DNA from: Pseudomonadales bacterium
GTDB taxonomy: Bacteria > Pseudomonadota > Gammaproteobacteria > Pseudomonadales > UBA7239
Reading direction: 5' to 3'
DNA: 64,000 nucleotides
NCBI GenBank assembly: GCA_035430165.1
Contig: DAOMGE010000001.1
Coordinates: 121,804 to 185,803 of the forward strand
Shown one piece after another: positions 36,805 through 45,877 of this stretch. A model generated the notes under the pieces. It had not been told where the DNA came from and did no database searches. It saw only the letters and a program-made list of their open reading frames with translations. Every line of letters begins with the position of its first letter. The stretch's first letter is position 1. A program made the position numbers and the translations under genes.

Positions 36805-39800
36805 CAGACATTCTCATCCAGCGACAATTGTGGTTCTGCTTTTCCACGCCACAATTCGCCGCTGCTGAAACTGTTCCAGCCCCAGCGACACCAGTCGAGC
36901 AGGGCAAACGCCAGCCACAATGACCACGCCAGCATCACGCCGCGGTACATCCACATCGGCAATGACAACGCCCATGCCGTTGGCAGCCCGACGGCGGTGC
37001 GATCTTGAAACCAGTTCAGCGACTGCGCGGTGGACTGGTTGCCGATCACTTGCATATCCGGTGATGACAACAGGCTCATCGGGATCGTGCCCAGCAAACA
37101 ACTGATCATGGCCAGCGTCAGTAACACCAGCAGCACCTGCATGGCATTGAAACGTGAACGCGTGAGTTGGGCAGTCTGCAGGTTGCTGCGCTTGGCCAGC
37201 ACCACAAACCACGCCACCACCAGCAAACTGCCCACGGCATTGACGGTACTCATGCCGAGGCCCAGCAGTACCCACTGCCAGGTTTTTACCGGTGCCAGTT
37301 GCAGGCGACCCAACACCAGCGCCACCAGCAGCATCACCACCAGCACACCCCAGAACAACAGGGCTGGCCCCATCATCGGCCCGCCCGCTGCCAGTAACCA
37401 CCGCCCTTCCGGCAAATGCAAACGCAAGCTGATATTGCTGACCGGTTCGTCCAGCTGCGGCTGCGGCAACACAGTGCGTGCGGCCATCGCCACATCCTGT
37501 CGCCAGCGGATATCGATCTGTTGCACACCGGGATGCAGCGGCAGGCGCAACGTGCCATCACTGGCCGGGTTGCCCTGCTCTTTGCCATCGATCATGACCT
37601 TTTGCAGGTTGCTGCCCGCCGGCAGTTGCAAGGGCAAATCGGCGCCCTGGCTACTGCGCACTTGCAGGCGCAACACGGCATCCGCCGCCCGGATACCCGG
37701 ACTGTAATCCAGCTGTGCCGACTCGATGGTGCGGGTGCTACCTTCCAGCGGCGACGGGCGCGAAATCCCCAGTTGCAGGCTTTCGCCCGGCCACGGCTGC
37801 CAGACCGGCATCGCATCTACTTGCGCGCCCTGTCTGACTGGCGGCAAGCCTTCGGTGTCCACGTGCCAGACCGGCGCGACGTCCAGCACCCACCGCTCTA
37901 CCCAGGGCTGGCCTTCCGCTGCTTTCAACGCCAGTTGCTCCGTCTGCTTCAGGGAAGACACCCAGCTGAACGCTGACTGGTCGGCGCTCATCACCACTGG
38001 CACCTTGCTGTCTTTGACCTCGATACCGGGCGTCAGCACCGCCTCACCCGGCAACAGGTTCACTGCGGTGGTGATCGCGCCGTACTGCGGCGCCACACGC
38101 TCGATGACCGTTTGCACCTGCCAGTCCAGACCCAGCACCAGCGTGCGCGTCACCTTCAGGAATACCGGTGCCGGATCCGGCAGCAGCTGCACCTTCTCTG
38201 CTTCCACTGGATCAGCAACCACGGGTTTGTCGCGGGTCAGCTGCAAGCTGCGTCCGGGCACACCGCCATCCACCAGACCGGACACCTGCCAATCCGTGGC
38301 TGTCACGGCCAGATTGTGTACATCCATGGCAAAGGGCAGCGTGAGCGCATCCGCAACCGGCGCACCTTCCATCACAACGCGGTGTGAACCCGCCGTCACC
38401 ACCACCCACAACAAGCCGCTATCGTCCCGCCGCAAACTGCTGGCGGTTTGGCTGTCGATCAGCACCGAGCGAGGCTGCCACTGGTTGCGGCCCGATGGCA
38501 AGGGCACGGCCACCGTCTCCTGGGCATCGATCTGCAAATCGATGCGCACCGCGCGGTCATCCACCGCGATCTGGCCCTTGTTCAAGCTGGCACACTGCGG
38601 CTCACAATCCGGCAGGCGCAACAGGCGCTTTTCCAGCTCTTCCAGCATGGCCTTGTCGGGAATCTCGGCGCGTGCCGCTGACGGCGGCAACAAAAATACA
38701 GCCGCCAGTACGAACGACAGGACCGGGGCCGCAGGCACCGGCGACGATTGCAGCCGCCACGCCAGCAAGGGGTTTGCCGCCCGCAATAACAGCGCCACAA
38801 AACCGCCAGCCAATGCCACCGACAAGGCATTCCACAACCGGTGCAGGAACGGGGACAACAGGTACAACTGCAGGGATTGCTGTTGCGTCACCGGCCCACT
38901 CCACTGCAACTGCACACGCTGCCACTGCCAGGCCGGCTCGCCGGGCCCAGTTTGTACCTTGGCGTTGCTGTCGTAGCCTGTAGGTAATTTTTCGCGCTTG
39001 GCCTTGGCCGGGCGCACGGCATAGCTGGCAGGTGCGGTAGGCGCATTGGCCACCTTGTCTTCCAGTGCGCCTTCTGCAGTGCGGGTACGGATTTCATCAA
39101 CCTCGGCATTCGCTTGCAACGGCTCCGCCACCTCCTTCTCGGCAGGCACTGCAGAGGCTGCCACCTCCACCGGCACGTGACCCTGAATGGCGGCATAGGC
39201 TCCCAGCTCCAGCTGCGGATACAAGCCCTTGCGCACCTGATCGACAGAAAATTGCAGCAGCTGCAACACCAGCAATAACAGCCCCAGCATCAAATAGACC
39301 GACACCAGTTTGTGCAACTTGCCTGTAGGCAGGACGCGCAACAGCGTCAGTGCCACCAGCGCGTTCAGCCACAGGAAAATCGGTGCCTTGTCGCTGTGGT
39401 AGGTCAGCACCAGCGTCAGCAAGGCCACCAGACCGGCCTGCCAACCCAGCAGACGCGACGTGCCTGCCGCCACGATCAGCACCAGAAAGATGGCCCACAA
39501 ATTCCAGCGCGCCAGCCACGACAGCTGCACCTTGTCCACGCCACCGGCATGCAACAGCATCCAGCCGGGCGGCAAGTGCAAAGTGGCCGAAGCATGCGCA
39601 ACGTCCTGCTGCCAGGCGGTTGCCGGCAGTGCGGTGTGTCTTTCAATACGACTCATGCTGCTCAGGCTGAGCGCACCGGGGCGCAATTCGATGCCCGCCG
39701 CTTCCCCGTCGCGGCGCGTGATCAGCCTGGGTTCGCCGTTAACATCGACCCGGCCCAGCACTTGTGGTGGCGCCATCGAAAAACGGGCAGCCTGTTTCAG

Positions 39801-40952
39801 CGTACCTGTCACCACATCGCGACTGGTAAACGCCTGGCCATCAAAATCCAGCCATACATCGCGCTTCAGGTTCAGGGAATCGCCAATGGCAGCCGCCCCG
39901 CTATCCCCGCGCCGCTGCTCGGTCAGCACCAGCTTGTCTTGTGGATGCAGCAGCCACGCCGGCAGTGCACGCCAGGCCGGCGGCAGATCGGTTTGCGAGG
40001 GATCAATGCTGCTGGCACCCGACAGGCTGATCTGGCGCAGGCTGCGATCGTCCTGCAGCGACCAGATTTCTTCTGCGGGCCACACATCGTCCATCCGCTT
40101 CATGGAAAAAGCAGTGGGTTGCTCCTTGGTGGATTGTCTTTCGGCGCGAGCCAGCAGGCGCACTTCCCCGGAGCCGGCACGCAACTGCACGCGCAAGCGG
40201 CCATCCGGCTCGATGCGGGCGGGCAGCGGTGACTCCAGTGACAGCGGCTGCATGCCGTCTGGCAAGAACTGGCCGAGCAGCACTTCGCGATCACGGCCAG
40301 CCACCTGCAGGCGCACAACGGTTTCCAGCTGGACCGGGATATCGTCAATCAGGCGACGGAACACCTGCACCGTCAGGGCATCGGCGACCACATCCGGTGG
40401 CGGCGCGTTCCCGGCCGGGGCATCGCCAAACAGCAACTGGCCCGCGCCATCCACGGATGGATTCGCTACCGCCTTGCCGTTCAGCGTCAGGGACAGCAGG
40501 CCCGTATCCGCCGGGAGCGTCAGGCGCGGCGGCAATTTGTCCCAGTGCAGGGCTCCCTGCAGGCGATATTCCCCCGCCGCCAGCCAGATCACCGGCTTGC
40601 CATCGCGAGCAATCACCGGCAGCGTCTTGTCATTCACCCGCACATTTTGCGGCCAGTATTCACTATCGCCCGGCAGCCAGACCCAGCCCGGCGTATAGAG
40701 CTGCCAATCCTGGCTGAAGGTCGCGCCTCTGGCGTCGGCTTCCAGTGCCAATCGGCCTGGCCATGAACATACATGCTCACCCAGCGCCGCATACGCCGCT
40801 GGACACGCAAGGTCCTTGTGCTGCTCCAGCACCCAGTTGCGCCAGGGCTGCAAGGGTTCCGGCACATTCACCGGTGCCGCTGACGCCTCCGCAGCCAGTG
40901 ATATCGACAATACGGCCAGACAAACGAGCCCGTACTTACGCAATCGCGACAT
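36804..40952 (-). CDS. Giant polytopic membrane protein, family not recognised (signal peptide, two large soluble regions, three hydrophobic clusters)
   Basis: The ATG at 40952 has GGGAGAA 7 nt upstream; the ORF-track start at 40970 is TTG. The protein is 1382 aa and begins MSRLRKYGLVCLAVLSISLAAEASA. The reading frame is long, uninterrupted and GC-rich. Hydrophobic clusters lie mid-protein and at the C-terminus. Confidence 0.7.
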   Translation of the reverse strand: MSRLRKYGLVCLAVLSISLAAEASAAPVNVPEPLQPWRNWVLEQHKDLACPAAYAALGEHVCSWPGRLALEADARGATFSQDWQLYTPGWVWLPGDSEYWPQNVRVNDKTLPVIARDGKPVIWLAAGEYRLQGALHWDKLPPRLTLPADTGLLSLTLNGKAVANPSVDGAGQLLFGDAPAGNAPPPDVVADALTVQVFRRLIDDIPVQLETVVRLQVAGRDREVLLGQFLPDGMQPLSLESPLPARIEPDGRLRVQLRAGSGEVRLLARAERQSTKEQPTAFSMKRMDDVWPAEEIWSLQDDRSLRQISLSGASSIDPSQTDLPPAWRALPAWLLHPQDKLVLTEQRRGDSGAAAIGDSLNLKRDVWLDFDGQAFTSRDVVTGTLKQAARFSMAPPQVLGRVDVNGEPRLITRRDGEAAGIELRPGALSLSSMSRIERHTALPATAWQQDVAHASATLHLPPGWMLLHAGGVDKVQLSWLARWNLWAIFLVLIVAAGTSRLLGWQAGLVALLTLVLTYHSDKAPIFLWLNALVALTLLRVLPTGKLHKLVSVYLMLGLLLLVLQLLQFSVDQVRKGLYPQLELGAYAAIQGHVPVEVAASAVPAEKEVAEPLQANAEVDEIRTRTAEGALEDKVANAPTAPASYAVRPAKAKREKLPTGYDSNAKVQTGPGEPAWQWQRVQLQWSGPVTQQQSLQLYLLSPFLHRLWNALSVALAGGFVALLLRAANPLLAWRLQSSPVPAAPVLSFVLAAVFLLPPSAARAEIPDKAMLEELEKRLLRLPDCEPQCASLNKGQIAVDDRAVRIDLQIDAQETVAVPLPSGRNQWQPRSVLIDSQTASSLRRDDSGLLWVVVTAGSHRVVMEGAPVADALTLPFAMDVHNLAVTATDWQVSGLVDGGVPGRSLQLTRDKPVVADPVEAEKVQLLPDPAPVFLKVTRTLVLGLDWQVQTVIERVAPQYGAITTAVNLLPGEAVLTPGIEVKDSKVPVVMSADQSAFSWVSSLKQTEQLALKAAEGQPWVERWVLDVAPVWHVDTEGLPPVRQGAQVDAMPVWQPWPGESLQLGISRPSPLEGSTRTIESAQLDYSPGIRAADAVLRLQVRSSQGADLPLQLPAGSNLQKVMIDGKEQGNPASDGTLRLPLHPGVQQIDIRWRQDVAMAARTVLPQPQLDEPVSNISLRLHLPEGRWLLAAGGPMMGPALLFWGVLVVMLLVALVLGRLQLAPVKTWQWVLLGLGMSTVNAVGSLLVVAWFVVLAKRSNLQTAQLTRSRFNAMQVLLVLLTLAMISCLLGTIPMSLLSSPDMQVIGNQSTAQSLNWFQDRTAVGLPTAWALSLPMWMYRGVMLAWSLWLAFALLDWCRWGWNSFSSGELWRGKAEPQLSLDENV

Positions 40953-41037
40953 AGCTATTTCTCCCTGCAAACCGGCAGCCTATCGTTGAATACCAACGAT
41001 ACACAAAAAAGGGGACAGATGCGTTTGTCAGATCCCG

Positions 41038-43290
41038 TTATTGCTCGAGCGATTGCCGCTCGCGGAAGACACTGCCTTTGTAATGGCCATCCAGTGGCAA
41101 TAGTGCTTCGACGTTAATACCGGCATTGAGCGGTGCGGCATCGATGTAATCCGGCACGCCATCGTTGTCGTCGTCAAGGTCCCGGCTATTTGGCACACCA
41201 TCGTTGTCGGTGTCCAGCGGCAACAGGTCGGAGAAATCCGTCTGGCCATCGCCGTCGTCATCACTGTCTGTCGTGTCTGCCGCGCCGTCGCTATCAGTGT
41301 CCAGCCATGCGCCCTGCCCATTGAACAGGTACACCGCGCGGCTGGTGGTTGAACTGACAGCGATATCGGCATAACCGTCACCGTTGATATCGCCGGTATC
41401 ACACACGGCAGCCCCGAAGAAAGCATCCCCGATGAACGAGTAGAGAACCGAGCCGTCCATGCCACTGAAAACCCTTGCCTTGCCGGAGCCATTGCCGCTG
41501 CCGACGATCACATCGGCGCGCCCGTCGTGGTTAACATCACCGGCACCGCTGACGGCAGAGCCAAAGTAGTTGCCGCTCTTGTCGCCTGTGAATGTGTAGA
41601 GGGTATTGCCATTGGCGCCACTGAAAACGCGTGCCATGCCGGCAGAGGATCCGTTTGGATCGGCCAGGTAGGCACCAGCTATGATGTCCGGACGCCCGTC
41701 GCCATCCACATCACCAGCCTTGCTGATACTACTGCCGAGTAAATCGCCGGCCTGGTCGCCGTCCAGGGTATAGAGGATGCTGCCGTCACTGCCACTGAAT
41801 ACGCGCACAGATCCGGACAGACTGCCGTTGTTGTCGTCGTAAGGTGCACCGACAGCCACGTCGTCATGGCCATCGCCATTCACATCGCCAATACCGCTGA
41901 CGGCGAGGCCGAAATTGTCGCCTGCACTGTCCCCGTTGAATGTGTAGAGCAAGCTGCCATTCGCACCACTGTAGACGTAAGCCGCGCCTGCGTTGTTGCC
42001 GGTGCTGTCATTCTGGAAAGCACCCACCAGAATATCGGCCTTGCCGTCACCATTGACATCCCCTGCGCCGCTGACGGCAATGCCGAAACCGTCGCCGGCA
42101 GCCTGCCCATTAAATGTATAAAGCACGGCGCCATTGGCGCCGCTTAACACGCGTGCCGATCCTGCCCCGTCGCCCGTGTTGTCATCGCCGTAGGCACCAA
42201 CAACCAGGTCGGGATAACCGTCACCGTTGACATCGCCGGCACCCGCTACCGAGCGGCCGAGCCAGTCCAGCGCGTTGTCACCGTAAAAGGTGAACAATGT
42301 GCTGCCGTTCGCGCCACTCAGGACATACGCCGCGCCGGCACTGGTGCCGTGGGTGCTGTCGGCATAGGCGCCGACAATGAGGTCGTCCACGCCGTCCTGG
42401 TTAATGTCGCCGGCGTTATCCATGGCGCTGCCGAAGGAGTCGGTATTCTTGCTGGTTTTTCCCAGCAGATTGCTGTCGCCCGTGGTGCGAGAGGGGTCGG
42501 TGGGAAAAGCATCCTGCGCATCAGCCGTGCCGTCATTGTCGTCATCGTTATCGCAGGCATTGCCTGAGCCGTCGGTATCACTGTCTGTTTGGCTGGTATT
42601 GCTGACGGCGGGGCAGTTGTCGACAAACCCGTCGACGCCATCATTGTCGATATCGCCGGCCTGGGCCGGGTCCAGCGGGAACTGGTCGTAGATGTCGAGT
42701 ACGCCGTCGTTGTCATCATCACTGTCACAGGCGTTGCCAGCACCATCACCGTCGTAATCGGCCTGATCGACGTTGTGGCTGTTCGGGCAGTTGTCCGAGG
42801 CATTGGCGATGTTGTCGAAATCCTGGGTATCCAGCTGGTCGAGCCCGCTGAAGCTGATGGATTTCAAGCCGGGCGCCGTGGTGTTCAGGGATGTCCGGAA
42901 TATTTCCCATTCCAGGGTGTGGGTACCGGCAGCCACATTGAAGCTGCAGCTGGTAGTTGTGCAGCTGGATTGCAGGGCGGCGTCGTAGCGTAGTTGGATG
43001 CAGTTGATTGAACAGGTGTTGCTTTGCTGCCATGTCAGCGTATAGGCATTGCCATTAGTGACGGTCAGGGTCAGTTTGGCACTGGCGGTTGTGTTGGATG
43101 CCACGCCTGCGCCGAGCAGGACGGTTGCGTTACTGGTAACAAGCCACGTGGGCCCCGGCGGTAAATTTGCGCTGATGAGAAAAGTGAAGGTCGCATCGGC
43201 CGCGCTGGCTGCTGGAGCGACAAGCATTCCTATTGGCCATAGGGCGACGGCCAACAGACGACTGAAGCGGGATAAGATCCAATGTGGCAT
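41038..43290 (-). CDS. Secreted protein: N-terminal beta-sandwich-like domain, TSP type 3 repeats, seven FG-GAP (integrin-alpha-like) repeats, C-terminal TSP3 repeats and a conserved tail
   Basis: Signal peptide LLAVALWPIGMLVAPAASAADA. It has DxDxDGxGNACDxDDDNDG repeats and seven copies of FGxAVSGAGDVNGDGxxDxxVGA. The tail is ...DNDGVPDYIDAAPLNAGIN. Confidence 0.8.
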   Translation of the reverse strand: MPHWILSRFSRLLAVALWPIGMLVAPAASAADATFTFLISANLPPGPTWLVTSNATVLLGAGVASNTTASAKLTLTVTNGNAYTLTWQQSNTCSINCIQLRYDAALQSSCTTTSCSFNVAAGTHTLEWEIFRTSLNTTAPGLKSISFSGLDQLDTQDFDNIANASDNCPNSHNVDQADYDGDGAGNACDSDDDNDGVLDIYDQFPLDPAQAGDIDNDGVDGFVDNCPAVSNTSQTDSDTDGSGNACDNDDDNDGTADAQDAFPTDPSRTTGDSNLLGKTSKNTDSFGSAMDNAGDINQDGVDDLIVGAYADSTHGTSAGAAYVLSGANGSTLFTFYGDNALDWLGRSVAGAGDVNGDGYPDLVVGAYGDDNTGDGAGSARVLSGANGAVLYTFNGQAAGDGFGIAVSGAGDVNGDGKADILVGAFQNDSTGNNAGAAYVYSGANGSLLYTFNGDSAGDNFGLAVSGIGDVNGDGHDDVAVGAPYDDNNGSLSGSVRVFSGSDGSILYTLDGDQAGDLLGSSISKAGDVDGDGRPDIIAGAYLADPNGSSAGMARVFSGANGNTLYTFTGDKSGNYFGSAVSGAGDVNHDGRADVIVGSGNGSGKARVFSGMDGSVLYSFIGDAFFGAAVCDTGDINGDGYADIAVSSTTSRAVYLFNGQGAWLDTDSDGAADTTDSDDDGDGQTDFSDLLPLDTDNDGVPNSRDLDDDNDGVPDYIDAAPLNAGINVEALLPLDGHYKGSVFRERQSLEQ

Positions 43291-43444
43291 GCAACATTCC
43301 TGATCTTGTGTTATTGCTTTTCACTCTATCAGCATTCACCAAGTCCTAGAACCCTGCCCCCGCTTTTCCAGAGAAAAAGTTGACCACCCTGCCATTTAGG
43401 CACACGATGGGCCGAAGTGTGACGGAAATCACAGCAGTCGTCGT

Positions 43445-45079
43445 ATGCCCACAAGTCTTCAAGCTGTCCTGGATCGAAGAAAAACCGTGCCCCTGCGTAT
43501 GTTCAGGAACCTGTCCTTGCGCACGTCCTATACATTGGTGGCCGCCCTGCTGATCGTCGCCGGGTTCCGTCGCATGTACCACATCGACTCTGTCGGGCTG
43601 TGGTCAGATGAACTCTGGGGCGTGTTTGCCTGCTCACAAGGCAGCTGGTGGGCCATGATCCAGGATCTGGTTCACAACGACTCCCACCCGCCGGGTTACC
43701 AGACTCTCTTGTACTGGTGGATAAAGGCGTTTGGCGAAAGCGACATTGCCGTGCGCCTGCCCTCGGTCATTGCCGGCGTTGCATCGGTGGCGTTCACGTA
43801 TTTGTTGGGCAAGCGGCATTTTTCTGTTATCGCCGGCATCATCGCTGCCGCCATGGTCACCGGTTCTTTCTATGCGATCTATTACAGTCAGGAAGCGCGT
43901 GCCTACGCATTCCTGATGTTTTTTGCGCCGACGATGACGCTCTATTTCATCGATTTATTCGTCAGCAAAAACCACGACAAATATTCACTTCCCCTGTTCT
44001 GGCTGGTAAGTACCGCATGCATGTACTTCCACTACGTCGGTTTTGTTTTTGTCGGTTCTGCTTTGTTACTGAGTCTGTTTTTCTGGATGTACGACCGGCG
44101 CAGACAGGGTCATCTGCAACTTGTCTTCAAGGCCTTTTCCCCTTGCCTGATACTGTATCTGCCCTGGCTGCCGGTGATGTACCAGCACATGGCGCACTCG
44201 CCGGATGACTGGTCAACACCGGTGCCGGATCTGCCTGTTTTATGGCAAACCGTGCGATTTTTGTTCGGGCCTGACGATCTGCGGCTCTATCTTTTACTCG
44301 TCAGCATCGTGATGGCACACATTGTCTGGATTACCCGGTTTTTTAATTCCAGCAGCGCACCAGCTATCAGGTCGTACAACGACTACAAGTACAGGGCGTT
44401 CATCTGCCTGGCCTGGCTGACGTGGATTCCAATACTGGTCTTTTATTTCAAATCCCAGTTCAGCCAATCAGTTTATACACTGCGGCATTTCACCTATGCC
44501 ATCCCGCTCATCGCCATCATGGCCTCGCTGTTTCCTGCCCTGTTGATTTCAAAAATTGCTAACCACACCTGGCGATCTTCCGTACTGGTCATGCTGCTGC
44601 TGACTATCGCCGCCATCAACACGCGCGGCAATGATGATAACCGGCTGTATAACAACTACCTGCGCGAAGATTATCGCGGTGCCGTGGATATTGTGCGCCA
44701 TGATTTCCGGTTCATGTCCACCAATCCCGCCGACCGGATTGTGATTACGTCCAATGTTTTTTTTGACCACTACCTGCGGCTGTACGACCTGAAACCCCAT
44801 GCAGACATGGTGATGTCATCTGTCGGACAAATGAGCGAACTGGAAGCACTGCTGGAAAAAGAAAAACCCGACCGTTTCTATTTCCTGGAAGTCAGCGGCA
44901 AGGAAACGTCACCCTTGCTGGCGGCGCTGGAAAGCCGGTTTGCCACACGTTGCTTTTCCCGTCTCAACAAGATGAATGTATTCAAGTTCCTGAACCAGCC
45001 ACGACCCGCTGACCAGCTGCCTCGCAGTGAGCTGCATGACTGCCCGCTGAAAAGCAGTGTCAAACCTATGTCGGAATAA
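43445..45079 (+). CDS. GT-C fold glycosyltransferase, family 39/83-like (ArnT/PMT-like)
   Basis: About 12 hydrophobic segments. The N-terminal loop LWSDELWG...HPPGYQTLLYWW...ESDIAVRLPSVIAG is typical of ArnT/PMT-type enzymes, and a C-terminal soluble domain follows. The start could be 43445 or 43499. Confidence 0.7.
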   Translation: MPTSLQAVLDRRKTVPLRMFRNLSLRTSYTLVAALLIVAGFRRMYHIDSVGLWSDELWGVFACSQGSWWAMIQDLVHNDSHPPGYQTLLYWWIKAFGESDIAVRLPSVIAGVASVAFTYLLGKRHFSVIAGIIAAAMVTGSFYAIYYSQEARAYAFLMFFAPTMTLYFIDLFVSKNHDKYSLPLFWLVSTACMYFHYVGFVFVGSALLLSLFFWMYDRRRQGHLQLVFKAFSPCLILYLPWLPVMYQHMAHSPDDWSTPVPDLPVLWQTVRFLFGPDDLRLYLLLVSIVMAHIVWITRFFNSSSAPAIRSYNDYKYRAFICLAWLTWIPILVFYFKSQFSQSVYTLRHFTYAIPLIAIMASLFPALLISKIANHTWRSSVLVMLLLTIAAINTRGNDDNRLYNNYLREDYRGAVDIVRHDFRFMSTNPADRIVITSNVFFDHYLRLYDLKPHADMVMSSVGQMSELEALLEKEKPDRFYFLEVSGKETSPLLAALESRFATRCFSRLNKMNVFKFLNQPRPADQLPRSELHDCPLKSSVKPMSE

Positions 45080-45848
45080 ACTGCAACACGCACAAGACAA
45101 GACCGACAACCCCGAAGGATGACATCAGCGCAATTTCGAACACACGACGGCGACCTGAATAGGTTTTTTCTGTTTTATGGAAAATGTTTTTTACCAGCCA
45201 GCTCAGAAAAATCATCAGGCAAATTGCTGCCACCAGCAGGCGCATCATCTGCGCCATATTCCCCATTTGCGCACCGGCACCAACAAAGACTGCCGGCACC
45301 GCTTCCGGTAAAAAACCGATAAAACTTCCAAGCAGGAATTCCCAATGCGACACGGCAGACAAGCCGAGCACCACGTTGGCAATAAAACCACTGATCGGCA
45401 TCTGGCGAATCAGGAAAATGGAAACAATGCCGTGGCTTTCAATCGTGTTTAACAGGTCTTCCAGCTTCGGCCATTTGTGCAGGACAAAATCCGCACCGAA
45501 AATTCGCGCAAAGATAAATGTGGCATACGCGCCCAATGTAACGCCGAGTTGCGACAGGATGATTCCCCACCACACACCGTAAGCCAGACCACCCAGCGCG
45601 CACACCAGCAAGCGCGGCATGCCGAGTGCGCAGGCGATTGCCGATGCCACAACGAAATAAAAATAACCGGCAACACCGAAGCTGACAAGCCAGTCACGCA
45701 CGGCCTGCATACTGGGCAGCGATTCAAAATCTGCCAGCGTATGCAAATGCGAGAGTGACAGGCGCAGCGGTGAAAACCAGGCAAAGATGCCCGCACCAAT
45801 CAACAGCACCAGAAAAAAAACGCGCTTCCGTAACAGAAAGTGACGCAT
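45066..45848 (-). CDS. TVP38/TMEM64 family membrane protein (DedA superfamily)
   Basis: 260 aa polytopic protein with F.ARIFG...RQMPI.GF..N...G motifs characteristic of the family. Confidence 0.7.
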   Translation of the reverse strand: MRHFLLRKRVFFLVLLIGAGIFAWFSPLRLSLSHLHTLADFESLPSMQAVRDWLVSFGVAGYFYFVVASAIACALGMPRLLVCALGGLAYGVWWGIILSQLGVTLGAYATFIFARIFGADFVLHKWPKLEDLLNTIESHGIVSIFLIRQMPISGFIANVVLGLSAVSHWEFLLGSFIGFLPEAVPAVFVGAGAQMGNMAQMMRLLVAAICLMIFLSWLVKNIFHKTEKTYSGRRRVFEIALMSSFGVVGLVLCVLQFIPT

Positions 45849-45877
45849 GAACCGTCGCGCAGCCCGCGTTGGATTAC

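Noticed and set aside
36609-36923. A 104-aa plus-strand ORF and a 75-aa minus-strand ORF (36680-36907) span the gap between the RCC1-type gene and the giant gene.
   Set aside because: Both run through the 24-bp inverted repeat and into the 3' end of the giant gene. They have no RBS and no coherent protein features. The region is better explained as an intergenic structured element.
37030-40717. Many long overlapping ORFs occur in alternative frames and strands within the giant gene, for example 37726-38976 (416 aa), 39460-40698 (412 aa) and 39312-40232 (306 aa).
   Set aside because: Their products are dominated by Arg, Pro, Ala and Ser runs and contain no signal peptide, TM segment or domain pattern. 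The minus-strand 1382-aa frame has a good RBS, a signal peptide and coherent TM and soluble organisation. The open alternative frames are a by-product of high GC content.
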